Origin: Candidatus Calescibacterium sp.
GTDB taxonomy: Bacteria > Calescibacteriota > Calescibacteriia > Calescibacteriales > Calescibacteriaceae
Direction: 5' to 3'
Assembly: GCA_032249135.1 (NCBI GenBank)
Contig: JAVVGL010000021.1
Location: 1-33,761 of the forward strand
Length of the DNA stretch: 33,761 nucleotides
Positions 1 through 8,910 of the stretch are shown piece after piece; positions within the stretch are counted from its first letter, which is position 1, and the number at the start of each line of letters is the position of its first letter. The notes under the pieces are model-generated. The model saw only the letters and a program-made list of their open reading frames with translations, did no database searches and had not been told where the DNA came from. The position numbers were made by a program, and so were the translations under genes.

Positions 1-2
1 AA

Positions 3-3000
3 AAAGGAAGGGTTTCTGAGGTTCAAGATCCCAAAGGAAGACCTTTTAGAATTGAGCATTTTGAAGGAAGTGGGAACCAGATTTTTGTTAAGGTTTCAAC
101 AAGGCTTGGTTATTCTCTGGAATATACAGTAGATGAACAGTTTGTTTCAACTTTGGCAGTAAAAGATGAGATAGGAGCTGAAAGAAATTACTCATACGAT
201 GAGAGAGGGAATATAACAAAGTATAAAGATGCAAGAGGGAATGAGTGGAGATATGAATATGATGAAAGTGGAAACCTTGCAAAGATAGAAGATCCTATGG
301 GTTATACTGAGAAGTTTTTCTATGATTTTTCAGATCTTCTCACAGCGCAAGTGAGGAAAGATGGAAATATAGAAAGGTACTTTTACGATAGAGGAAACCT
401 TGTGAGGAAAGTAGATGCTATGGGATTTGAGTGGAGAGGCGAATACAATAACTTGGGACTTTTAGTAAAAGAGGTTTTACCGACGGGTTCTGAGATAAGG
501 TACGAATATGACTCTTTTGGGCATATAAGAAGGAAAATAGATGCACTTGGTAATGTTTGGAAATACGAATACGATGTTTTAGGAAAGCTTGTTTTGGAGG
601 AAGACCCAGCAGGAAACAGAACAAGATATGAATATGATATGTTAGGTAGGATGACAAAGAAAATTGATGCTGTGGGAGGAGTATTAGAATTCAGATATGA
701 TGCTTTTGGGAACCTTGTTGAACAAAAAGACCCTCTTGGGAACACGAAAAAATACTACTACGACTTTTTGGGGAATTTGACAGCAGAGGTAGATCAGGTT
801 GGTAATGTGGCTTTGAAAGAATACGATGCGGAGGGTCAGAAGATAAGGGAGACGGATTTTAAAGGAAATTCTGTTTTGTTTGAATATGATGGAGCGGGAA
901 GACTTGTAAGATATGGCAATCAGCTCGGAGGAGAGACACTGAACGAATACGACAAAGAAGGAAATCGTGTGAGAGTAAGACATCCTTCTGGATTGATAGA
1001 GGAGTCTCAATATGATGCTCTCGGAAGAGTTATTTTCACAAAAGTGTTTGATCCCGGAACTGGGATTTCATACGAGGCAAGATATGAGTATGATGCACAA
1101 GGGAACACAATAAAGATAGAATCAGGAGGGCTTGTGTCAAGATACTTTTATGATGCATTAGGTAGGGTTGTGAAGGAGATAGACCCTGCCGGAAATGAGA
1201 GAACTTATGAATACGATCCTGTAGGTAGGTTGGTAAGGAAAGTAGAGGCAGATGGAACAGAGGTAAGGTATGAATATGATGCGAACGGAAACCTTGTTAA
1301 GGTTGTGAATCAAGATGGAACAGAGGTAAGATATGAATATGATGCAGTGGGAAGACTTATAGCTTTCATAGATGAGGCGGGAGGGAGGACAGAATATGGA
1401 TATGATGGAGTAGGCAGAATAATTTTTATCAAAGACCCATCGGGGGCAATAACAAGGTATGAGTATGATATTGCTGGGAGGTTGATAGCGGTTCAAGATG
1501 GAGAGGGGAACATAACAAGATATGAGTATGATGCAAGGGGGAATGTGATAGCGGTGATAGGACCTGAGGGAGAGAGAACAGAGTTCAAACTTGATGAGAA
1601 TGGTAATGTGGTGGAGATTTTAGACCCTGAGGGGAATATAACAAGATTTGAATATAACAGCATGGGGCTTTTGAGCGCGCAGGTGAGTCCAGAGGGATCA
1701 AGGACAGAATACTTTTACGATAGTGTGGGAAGGTTGATAAAGACGGTATATCCGAATGGTAGTACAGAGTGGTTTGTGTATGATGGATTTGGTAGGGTGA
1801 TATTGAAGGGAGATGCGGAAGGGAGAGTTGTGGGATATGAGTATGATAGCTTTGGGAATCTTGTGAAGGTGATATATCAAGATGGGGTTGTAAATATGTT
1901 TTACGACAATTTAGGAAGGCTTACAAGGAAGGTGTATCCAGATGGGAAGGAAGTAGAATATGGATATGACAGGCTGGGGAGGTTGATTTTTGTGAGAGGG
2001 AGTGGAGCAGAAATAGAGAACGAATATGATGTTATGGGGAGGTTGAAGATGAGGACATTCAAGATTAGGGGAATTTTGCCGGTATCAGTTGAGTATGGAT
2101 ATGATGAGGCTGGGAGGAAGGTTTTAGTTAAGGATTTGTGGGGAGAGACAAGATTTATTTACGATAAAGCAGGAAGGGTAAGATCTATACAATCTGAAGG
2201 CATTAAGACTGATCTTTTCTATGATAAAATAGGCAGAAAAGTTCTAATTAGGTACCCGAATAAGGTAGATGTAAGGTATGAGTATGCAGGCACATGTAAT
2301 AATGGTTGTGAAAAGGCTCGTATCAAAAGTATAGAGATTGTGAAAGGATCAGAAACGTTATGGTACGCAAAATATTTATATGATAGGAGAGGACTTATAA
2401 CCGAAATAGATGAAATAAAAAGAAAAATAACGAATATTTACGATAATTCAGGTCGGCTCACAAAATCAGAAGTTTTTGACAAAGAAAATCCCAAGAAAAG
2501 TTATGCATTTACTTTCAGTTATGATGAGTTAGGAAATAGGAAATTTTTTGAACTTTACTCGCAGGTTGAGGGACTTTTTGACCCAAGATTTCCTCATCCA
2601 AAAGATAAGGAGCCAGTCCTGAAGCATCCTGTGAAAATCAATTATACATACAATAAAGCAGGTAAAATATTGGAGCTTTTATCAGTTAGAACAAAAAATA
2701 ATAAGTTTTGGTACAAAGTAGAGTTTAGCTATAACTTGCGTGGGAAAATCACAGAAAAAAGGGTATTTTTAGATGAAAATATATATGCGACGCGATATAA
2801 TTACGATTTTGAGAACAATTTGGTAGATGTTCTATTTCCTGATGGTCAAAAGATGGAGTTTCTAGTTTTAGAAGGATATATTCTCAAAAGGAGATATATT
2901 GATAAAGACGGAAAGGGAAAGGTATTGTATTTGATATACGATGATGATAAAGTTCTTTTGGAATTGGATGAAGGAGGAAAACCGGTAAAAAGATATGTTC

Positions 3001-3797
3001 TGACAGATTTAGGAGAGATTTTATGGGTAAGAAAATTTAGGGATGAAGGATGTGAGGAGAAAGGGGGCAAGGGAAAGGGAGATAATGATAGGGGAAATAA
3101 TGAAGTTTGTGAAAATAGACGGGAATATGTGTTTTATCATTATGACCATTTTGGTTCAGCGGTTATTCTTACGGATTCTTCAGGTGGGATAGTGGCAGAG
3201 TATGAATACTCGCCGGGAGGAGACATTCTTCGAGCTCAGGGACCTAAAGCTAAAAAGAACTTATATACTTTCAAAGGGAAGGAGTATATTCCTGACCTTG
3301 GGATGTACATTCACAAAAATGCATTATTATACGATCCAAGGATAGGAAAAAAATATAAAGAATGTGAAGATCCCAAGATACCAATTAGTATTGATTGCAA
3401 GACAATAAAGAAAGGCGAAAGAGATGAAAGGATAACGAGGTTTTGTATTCTAACAAGGGAAGCATATGAAAGATTAATACAAGAGATTTCAAAGCCACCA
3501 TATCGTAATAAATGGAGGACTTATGACATTCAAACTTTTAATGAAATTATGCGGCGTAAATATTGGGAACAGAAGATAATGATAAGATTTGAAGAAGTAA
3601 AAAATATGGTTTATGAAGTTTTTGAAAGGGCTGGTTTTGAGTTTAAGGTTGAGCCGTTGCGTAAAAACGGTTGTGCTATTTGGATAGAGATCGTAGAAAA
3701 ACCTTTCTTTAAAACAAACTTACCATGTTTACCTTTTGTTGGATGTCGTGTATTGGTTTGTTACAGAATCACAATAGGTCCTATAACAATTAGATAA
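3..3797 (+). CDS. Rhs/YD-repeat protein (5'-partial) with degenerate core end and ~150-aa variable C-terminal tip
   Basis: Dozens of YD repeats (YEYDxxGxL). The frame is open from base 3 (KGRVSEVQDPKGRP...), so the 153 TTG is not the real start. Rhs core motifs YHYDHFGS...AEYEYSPGG...YDPRIG. Confidence 0.93.
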   Translation, partial: KGRVSEVQDPKGRPFRIEHFEGSGNQIFVKVSTRLGYSLEYTVDEQFVSTLAVKDEIGAERNYSYDERGNITKYKDARGNEWRYEYDESGNLAKIEDPMGYTEKFFYDFSDLLTAQVRKDGNIERYFYDRGNLVRKVDAMGFEWRGEYNNLGLLVKEVLPTGSEIRYEYDSFGHIRRKIDALGNVWKYEYDVLGKLVLEEDPAGNRTRYEYDMLGRMTKKIDAVGGVLEFRYDAFGNLVEQKDPLGNTKKYYYDFLGNLTAEVDQVGNVALKEYDAEGQKIRETDFKGNSVLFEYDGAGRLVRYGNQLGGETLNEYDKEGNRVRVRHPSGLIEESQYDALGRVIFTKVFDPGTGISYEARYEYDAQGNTIKIESGGLVSRYFYDALGRVVKEIDPAGNERTYEYDPVGRLVRKVEADGTEVRYEYDANGNLVKVVNQDGTEVRYEYDAVGRLIAFIDEAGGRTEYGYDGVGRIIFIKDPSGAITRYEYDIAGRLIAVQDGEGNITRYEYDARGNVIAVIGPEGERTEFKLDENGNVVEILDPEGNITRFEYNSMGLLSAQVSPEGSRTEYFYDSVGRLIKTVYPNGSTEWFVYDGFGRVILKGDAEGRVVGYEYDSFGNLVKVIYQDGVVNMFYDNLGRLTRKVYPDGKEVEYGYDRLGRLIFVRGSGAEIENEYDVMGRLKMRTFKIRGILPVSVEYGYDEAGRKVLVKDLWGETRFIYDKAGRVRSIQSEGIKTDLFYDKIGRKVLIRYPNKVDVRYEYAGTCNNGCEKARIKSIEIVKGSETLWYAKYLYDRRGLITEIDEIKRKITNIYDNSGRLTKSEVFDKENPKKSYAFTFSYDELGNRKFFELYSQVEGLFDPRFPHPKDKEPVLKHPVKINYTYNKAGKILELLSVRTKNNKFWYKVEFSYNLRGKITEKRVFLDENIYATRYNYDFENNLVDVLFPDGQKMEFLVLEGYILKRRYIDKDGKGKVLYLIYDDDKVLLELDEGGKPVKRYVLTDLGEILWVRKFRDEGCEEKGGKGKGDNDRGNNEVCENRREYVFYHYDHFGSAVILTDSSGGIVAEYEYSPGGDILRAQGPKAKKNLYTFKGKEYIPDLGMYIHKNALLYDPRIGKKYKECEDPKIPISIDCKTIKKGERDERITRFCILTREAYERLIQEISKPPYRNKWRTYDIQTFNEIMRRKYWEQKIMIRFEEVKNMVYEVFERAGFEFKVEPLRKNGCAIWIEIVEKPFFKTNLPCLPFVGCRVLVCYRITIGPITIR
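1250..1345 (+). repeat. Near-perfect internal duplication of a YD unit (DGTEVRYEYDA x2, 63-nt period)
   Basis: agatggaacagaggtaagRtatgaatatgatgc at 1250-1282 and 1313-1345, one mismatch. Confidence 0.9.
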
Positions 3798-3812
3798 ATA
3801 AAAACAGAAAAA

Positions 3813-4481
3813 ATGAGAAAAATGAAAAAAATCATGGTTTTCACAGTGATCTTATTCTTTGCCCCATCCAAAGTGATAGGAGCAGAAATATTAAGTCCAT
3901 ATAATGCATATTTAATTGAAAAAGGTGAAATAGCATTTGGATTCATCAAATATCCATTAACTTTAGGAATACACGAAAGACTTAATTTATTCCTCTTCCC
4001 CCTAATTTTTCCTTTCGTCAAAATGGCTGGCTTTGGAATGAAAATAAAATTATTTGAGAAAGGAAGTTTTTTCTCATCAGGAGAAATTGCTTACTATCGT
4101 GACTTTACATTACCTGAATCGGGTATGGGAATAATTTCAATTACATCTTATAAGATAAAAGAGGGTAGAATTTTATCGTTTGGGATATTCTTTGCATCTT
4201 TTAAAACCCTTTCTGAAAGTTACAAATTTGAGCATACATATACTTTTGGTGTTGTACCATTTGTACTTGAGATAAAAATCATCAAACAATTAGCTTTTAC
4301 GATCAAATCTTCGGCTCAGATTTCTCCACTTGGAAGCAGATTATCTCGTGGAGAAACTTCTCTAATATCTTCTTTAGTTGTAATATCAGATTTTATGCAA
4401 TTTGAAATAGGACCTGAAATACATAACTTTAAAGAGATTATGGCATATTTTGACCTTGTTTTCAGGTTCAAGATTTTTTAG
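3813..4481 (+). CDS. Exported, probable outer-membrane beta-barrel protein in the immunity-gene position after Rhs tip 1
   Basis: Signal peptide (MKKIMVFTVILFFAPSKVIGA; start may be ATG 3822), alternating hydrophobic strands, aromatic C-terminus YFDLVFRFKIF. Confidence 0.6.
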   Translation: MRKMKKIMVFTVILFFAPSKVIGAEILSPYNAYLIEKGEIAFGFIKYPLTLGIHERLNLFLFPLIFPFVKMAGFGMKIKLFEKGSFFSSGEIAYYRDFTLPESGMGIISITSYKIKEGRILSFGIFFASFKTLSESYKFEHTYTFGVVPFVLEIKIIKQLAFTIKSSAQISPLGSRLSRGETSLISSLVVISDFMQFEIGPEIHNFKEIMAYFDLVFRFKIF

Positions 4482-4486
4482 AAAAA

Positions 4487-5326
4487 ATGAATTTAGAACA
4501 CAAAATTTATGAGATTTTCTCGAGCTCAGCTCAGATTTTTTACGATAGAGCCGGAAGGAGAATACTTTTGAGGTATCCGAATGGTGTAGAAACAAGGTAT
4601 GTCTATGGAGGAAATGGAGGGAATTGCAACGGGAATGGATGCCGAAATCCAAAACTTACAAAAATTGAAATTACATCAGGTGATGGAAAAGTGATCTGGA
4701 ACACAAAATACTCATACTCAAAAGGAGGATTTATAGTTGAGGAAGATCAGATCAAAAAGAAAATAAGATATGAATATGACAAAGATGGACAAATCAAAAA
4801 GGCAGATGTTTTTGTGAAGGAGAATCCAAAAAGAAGCTATGGATTTTTGTTTGAGTATGACAGGGTGGGTAACAGGGTAGCGATGGAGCTTTACTCCCAA
4901 GTTGATGGTTTATTTGACCCACGCTTTCCAAGACCAAAAGACAAAGAACCAGCTTTAAAGCATCCTATAAGATTTGAATACGCATATAACAGAGCAGGAG
5001 AGATTTTAGGATTTGTAGCAAGAAGAACAAAAGATGGATCATTTTGGTATTCAGCAGAGTTCAAGCATGATTTGAGAGGGAACGTTTCGCAAAAGAGAGT
5101 AATTTTGAGTGATGGAAATTCATACACAACAAATTACCTTCATGATTTTGAAAACAGGCTTTGGAAAATTTTATTCCCAGGAGGCGAAGAAAGTGAGTTT
5201 TTGATACTTGAAGGGTTAGTTTTGAAGCGGAGATATCAAGATGAAGAAGGGAAGACGAAAGAGATAAACTTGATTTATGATGGAGATCAAGTTTTGTTAG
5301 AGTTAGATGAGAAGGGGGGCCAATAA
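4487..5326 (+). pseudogene. Orphan Rhs module, 5' fragment (frameshifted at G6 run 5314-5319)
   Basis: Colinear with the Rhs1 distal core (YSQVDGLFDPRFPRPKDKEPALKHP vs YSQVEGLFDPRFPHPKDKEPVLKHP). One extra base restores LDEKGGPIKRYVL, matching Rhs1 LDEGGKPVKRYVL. Confidence 0.85.
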
Positions 5327-5337
5327 AGAGGTATGTT

Positions 5338-6696
5338 TTGGGAGTTGAAAGAGATGAGATATTGTGGGTGAAGAAGATAAGGCAAGATGATGAAGATGGG
5401 GAAGGAGTAGGAGACAAAGGCAAGGGTAAGGGTAAAGGCAAAGGAAAAGGAGGTGAGAGAAGAGATTATATTTTCTACCATTATGATCATGGAGGGAATG
5501 TGGTGATTTTGACAGATTTTTCAGGGGATGTGGTAGCGGAGTATGAGTATTCACCGTTTGGAGAGGTGTTAGAGGCGCAGGAACCCGAGGCAAAAAAGAA
5601 TAGGTTTTTGTTTGCGGGGAGATACTACATATCAGAGGGAGGGATATATGATTTTAGGGCGAGGATGTTGGATGGGAAGCTTGGGAGATTTTTGGAAAGA
5701 GAGCCCTTAGTAGGAGAGAGGATGGGGTTTTTATCTTTATATTCATATGCGAGGAACAACCCAGTAAATTTCAAAGACACAACAGGACTTTATTTTGAAA
5801 GTGTGAGAAATTGGGCAGAAGATACATTTCGGCACTGTTTAACTGCTTACTTAAATTCAGTTGCACTGAATGGTATACCATGTATGGATCATAGAATAAG
5901 TTGGGCTCCCGCTGGTGTGGGGGATGCATTCAGATTATTGCGAAATGTAGCGCGTTCTTTTCATCCTCTTCCCGATAACATATGGAAGGGAAATGGGCTC
6001 GGTGTAATAGCAAAAAATAGATTCTGGAGCCAATTTCTCCCCAGGCTAAAAGATAGCATGATAAGAATGGTAAATGAGGAAAGAGGCAGATTCAAAAGAG
6101 CTATTGACAGATGGTGGATACCATCATCTACCATAAATAGAATTACTAATGAATACGTTTTCAATAATATTGAAAGAGTTATTCGCAATTTACCTCGTAG
6201 AACAGATATTATTCTTCCAAGTAGCAAAAAAGAAGAAATGAAAGCAGGATTAATAGGAGGGCTATTAGGAGGTGGAGCAGGTGCTGCAATTGCTGGGGCA
6301 TTATCGTTATCCCCACCACTATTTATTGTAGCTACAATTTGGAGTTTTATGATAGGTGAAGTAATAGGGAAAGCGATTTATAGGTGGCTTGCAAAAGAAG
6401 TTGAGAGGATAGCGCGTCGGGAGGCGGACAAACTTCAAAAAGATTTACTTTCCCTTATTGTAGGAAATTATAGAGTTAAAGTTATTGCACTTTGTTTCAG
6501 GGGATGGAATACAGAATGTATACCCATAGAGATTCCTGGTCTTGGTCCTTTATCATCTTCTTTTGTTGCTTACTTTGATATTCTACCCTTCCATCCAACT
6601 AACTATATTTATCACTATTCCGCAAAAGTTCTCTTCGGTGTAGAAGCTCTTAACTTTTACAATACACTAAGATATGAATGGGGGTTATCATGGTAA
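5338..6696 (+). CDS. Orphan Rhs module, 3' fragment: Rhs-associated core plus ~300-aa tip with glycine-zipper hydrophobic hairpin (putative membrane-active toxin)
   Basis: YHYDHGGN, YEYSPFGE, GRFLEREP, YSYARNNPVNFKDTTGL. Tip contains AGLIGGLLGGGAGAAIAGALSLSPPLFIVATIWSFMIG. Confidence 0.85.
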   Translation: MGVERDEILWVKKIRQDDEDGEGVGDKGKGKGKGKGKGGERRDYIFYHYDHGGNVVILTDFSGDVVAEYEYSPFGEVLEAQEPEAKKNRFLFAGRYYISEGGIYDFRARMLDGKLGRFLEREPLVGERMGFLSLYSYARNNPVNFKDTTGLYFESVRNWAEDTFRHCLTAYLNSVALNGIPCMDHRISWAPAGVGDAFRLLRNVARSFHPLPDNIWKGNGLGVIAKNRFWSQFLPRLKDSMIRMVNEERGRFKRAIDRWWIPSSTINRITNEYVFNNIERVIRNLPRRTDIILPSSKKEEMKAGLIGGLLGGGAGAAIAGALSLSPPLFIVATIWSFMIGEVIGKAIYRWLAKEVERIARREADKLQKDLLSLIVGNYRVKVIALCFRGWNTECIPIEIPGLGPLSSSFVAYFDILPFHPTNYIYHYSAKVLFGVEALNFYNTLRYEWGLSW

Positions 6697-7433
6697 GGTT
6701 TGCTTTTTTGCTAAAATCCGTTATTCTTCTGGCTTTCCCTATTTTTTCTCATATTAGAGCAGAAATGAAAGGAGATCCTTTTACCGATGTTATAGTGGCT
6801 GGAGTAGAATCTGCCGTTGCAGATTTTCTTATACCAAAATTCAAACCTGTAAGATTACTAAGTCTTCATAGAGGATATTTTTTACCGGGATGGGAGGAAG
6901 GAAAATCTTTGACAATAGGTTATTCATTTGCTATTGGTGCGGAAGGTTCTCATCCATTTCTTTTCTCTGTTTCCTTCAACAGAACTTATGAAAGAGTAAA
7001 TCTTGAATTTTCGGTTTGGCCTATTTCTTTCCAGTTTTTGCCAAAATTCAGACTCATCCGTATAGGTAACATAGGAGGGCTTGCTTTTGGAGCAGGTCCA
7101 ATTTTAAGCTTCTCAAAATTCCCGATATCAGGAGAATTTTCTTTGGATTTGATTTTGAAATCAAGATCCCCAGGAGTAGTTGTATTTTTTGGTCTTCGCT
7201 TTATGGATAATTTGATTGAAGTAAATGAAAGTGTAATTACTCCTTACGTTCCAATATACAATCTCAGAATAATATTAGGTTATGCCCTCAGTATTAAAGA
7301 TAAGTATAAGAGATATTTTTCTGATAAATTCATCTTAGATAAGTTTATTCTTGAGCAGCAGCTTTTAGGGTTTGGAGAAAGTGGAGTGTTTATGCTTTTT
7401 GGATTCGCATTCAATATACGCTTTACTGATTAA
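6690..7433 (+). CDS. Exported, probable outer-membrane beta-barrel protein in the immunity-gene position after Rhs tip 2
   Basis: Overlaps the Rhs2 stop; GGGGG precedes ATG 6690 (alternative ATG 6678). Signal peptide MVRFAFLLKSVILLAFPIFSHIRA, amphipathic strands, ends FGFAFNIRFTD. Confidence 0.55.
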   Translation: MVRFAFLLKSVILLAFPIFSHIRAEMKGDPFTDVIVAGVESAVADFLIPKFKPVRLLSLHRGYFLPGWEEGKSLTIGYSFAIGAEGSHPFLFSVSFNRTYERVNLEFSVWPISFQFLPKFRLIRIGNIGGLAFGAGPILSFSKFPISGEFSLDLILKSRSPGVVVFFGLRFMDNLIEVNESVITPYVPIYNLRIILGYALSIKDKYKRYFSDKFILDKFILEQQLLGFGESGVFMLFGFAFNIRFTD

Positions 7434-7462
7434 TTATTAGAGAATAAAAGAAAATTTTTATT

Positions 7463-8119
7463 ATGAAGGCTAAAAAATCAAAATTTGTAATGGTAACCTA
7501 CTTTATCATTCAGATCACAGTTTTTGTATCTGCGATAATATTATTCTCATGTGCGGCAAGTAGAGAAGAGTTAATCGAACAATATGAAAGAAAGGAAATA
7601 AGAGAGGAAAGTTGCGATGGAAAAGATGAAAATGAAAATGGGTTGATAGATGAAGGATGTCTCTTGTGGTATTACGAATTCCAATCGAGAAATTGGTTAT
7701 ATTCACCGAAAATTTGTTCAAATAGAACAATAGTACTATTTTCTTGTTCTCCTTCTTACAGCAATGAATATGTTTCCTCAGTAACAGTTTATGGATTAAG
7801 ATTAGATGATGGAAAGATAGCATGGCAATATAGTATTAGGGTTAAAGATTGTTTTTTGCCACTATCTTATGATCATCCATTAGAAGTTTCAGATTTATAT
7901 GGTGATGGGAAGGATGAAGTAATAATCAGTTATGGTCAAGAAAAAGCTTTAGATGTAATAAGTTGTGACGATGGAAAGCTTCTTTGGTCCTTCAAGGAAG
8001 ATGGGCAAAAAGAAAATCATCCATTTATCTTCTTCAACGGTCCTTATGTAGAAGATATAGATTATGATGGAAAAATTGAGATAGTAGTAAAGAGAGCAAA
8101 CATAATAGGATGGAGATAA
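7463..8119 (+). CDS. Lipoprotein with MopE-like metal-binding motif and PQQ/FG-GAP propeller blades, N-terminal fragment of a split gene
   Basis: Lipobox ILFSC; EESCDGKDENENGLIDEGC; DLYGDGKDEV and DIDYDGKIEI; DGKIAWQY and DGKLLWSF. Confidence 0.7.
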   Translation: MKAKKSKFVMVTYFIIQITVFVSAIILFSCAASREELIEQYERKEIREESCDGKDENENGLIDEGCLLWYYEFQSRNWLYSPKICSNRTIVLFSCSPSYSNEYVSSVTVYGLRLDDGKIAWQYSIRVKDCFLPLSYDHPLEVSDLYGDGKDEVIISYGQEKALDVISCDDGKLLWSFKEDGQKENHPFIFFNGPYVEDIDYDGKIEIVVKRANIIGWR

Positions 8120-8129
8120 GCTCTATATC

Positions 8130-8891
8130 TTGAGCTGGAATGGACAGATAAAAGAGGTCTATAGTATAAATTTAACCAATTTCATTATCTTACCTATCTT
8201 TAAACCTTTAGGCGGAGATATTGACGGAGATGGTAAAAAGGAGATAATTCTTTTGGGGTTTTTTCAAAAAAGTACTACTAACGAGATTACAGAAACCTTA
8301 AAAGACAAAATCTATGTAATTGGTAATAATATTGTTGCAATTGATATTAGTCATATAACTGGTGATTTTCATGCACCACCAGTAGCGGAAGATATAAATT
8401 TTGATAGGAAGGATGAAATAATAATTCCATTTTTGGTGGAAATATATGTTATTGATGGAAAAGGAAATGTAATTTGGAACTTTGATAAGGTGGGAGGAGA
8501 AATTTTAAGTCAACCTGTGGTTTCAGATATTGATTCAGATGGGAAACCCGAAATACTTTTTATCTCTCGTGATGGAAAGATAAAAGTTCTGAATGGAGAA
8601 GGAAAATTGATTTCCGAATATGAAGTTTGGAAGAGGGATGAGATAGTAGAGGTAGGAGCTTCATCTTTGGCATTAGTTGATATTGATTTTGATGGCAGAA
8701 AAGAGATTATAGGTTGGACAGATGAAGTTTTTATGATAAGGAATGGAGTTAAGGTATGGAACTTTATAGTTGGTGGTCCTAAAGGAGATTTTGAACCCCC
8801 TCTTGTTGTGAATGATGATGGAGATTTTAAGATTGTTGTAACATTTGCAAACAGAATTTATACTCTAAAAGCAGGAAAAGTGAAAAAATGA
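8130..8891 (+). CDS. FG-GAP/PQQ-like beta-propeller, C-terminal fragment of the same split gene
   Basis: DIDGDGKKEI, DINFDRKDEI, DIDSDGKPEI, DIDFDGRKEI. The frame is open back to 8109 (DGDKLYILSWNG). Confidence 0.7.
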   Translation: MSWNGQIKEVYSINLTNFIILPIFKPLGGDIDGDGKKEIILLGFFQKSTTNEITETLKDKIYVIGNNIVAIDISHITGDFHAPPVAEDINFDRKDEIIIPFLVEIYVIDGKGNVIWNFDKVGGEILSQPVVSDIDSDGKPEILFISRDGKIKVLNGEGKLISEYEVWKRDEIVEVGASSLALVDIDFDGRKEIIGWTDEVFMIRNGVKVWNFIVGGPKGDFEPPLVVNDDGDFKIVVTFANRIYTLKAGKVKK

Positions 8892-8910
8892 ATAACAAAC
8901 TTGGGCTATT

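Noticed and set aside
3347-3353. A7 run as a frameshift hiding the DPxG motif of Rhs1
   Set aside because: Both alternative frames stop within about 20 codons with no NP..DPxG.
4305-4540. Shared SSAQI / GCTCAGATTT between the OMP1 gene and the orphan Rhs start
   Set aside because: Only about 10 identical bases; compatible with chance.
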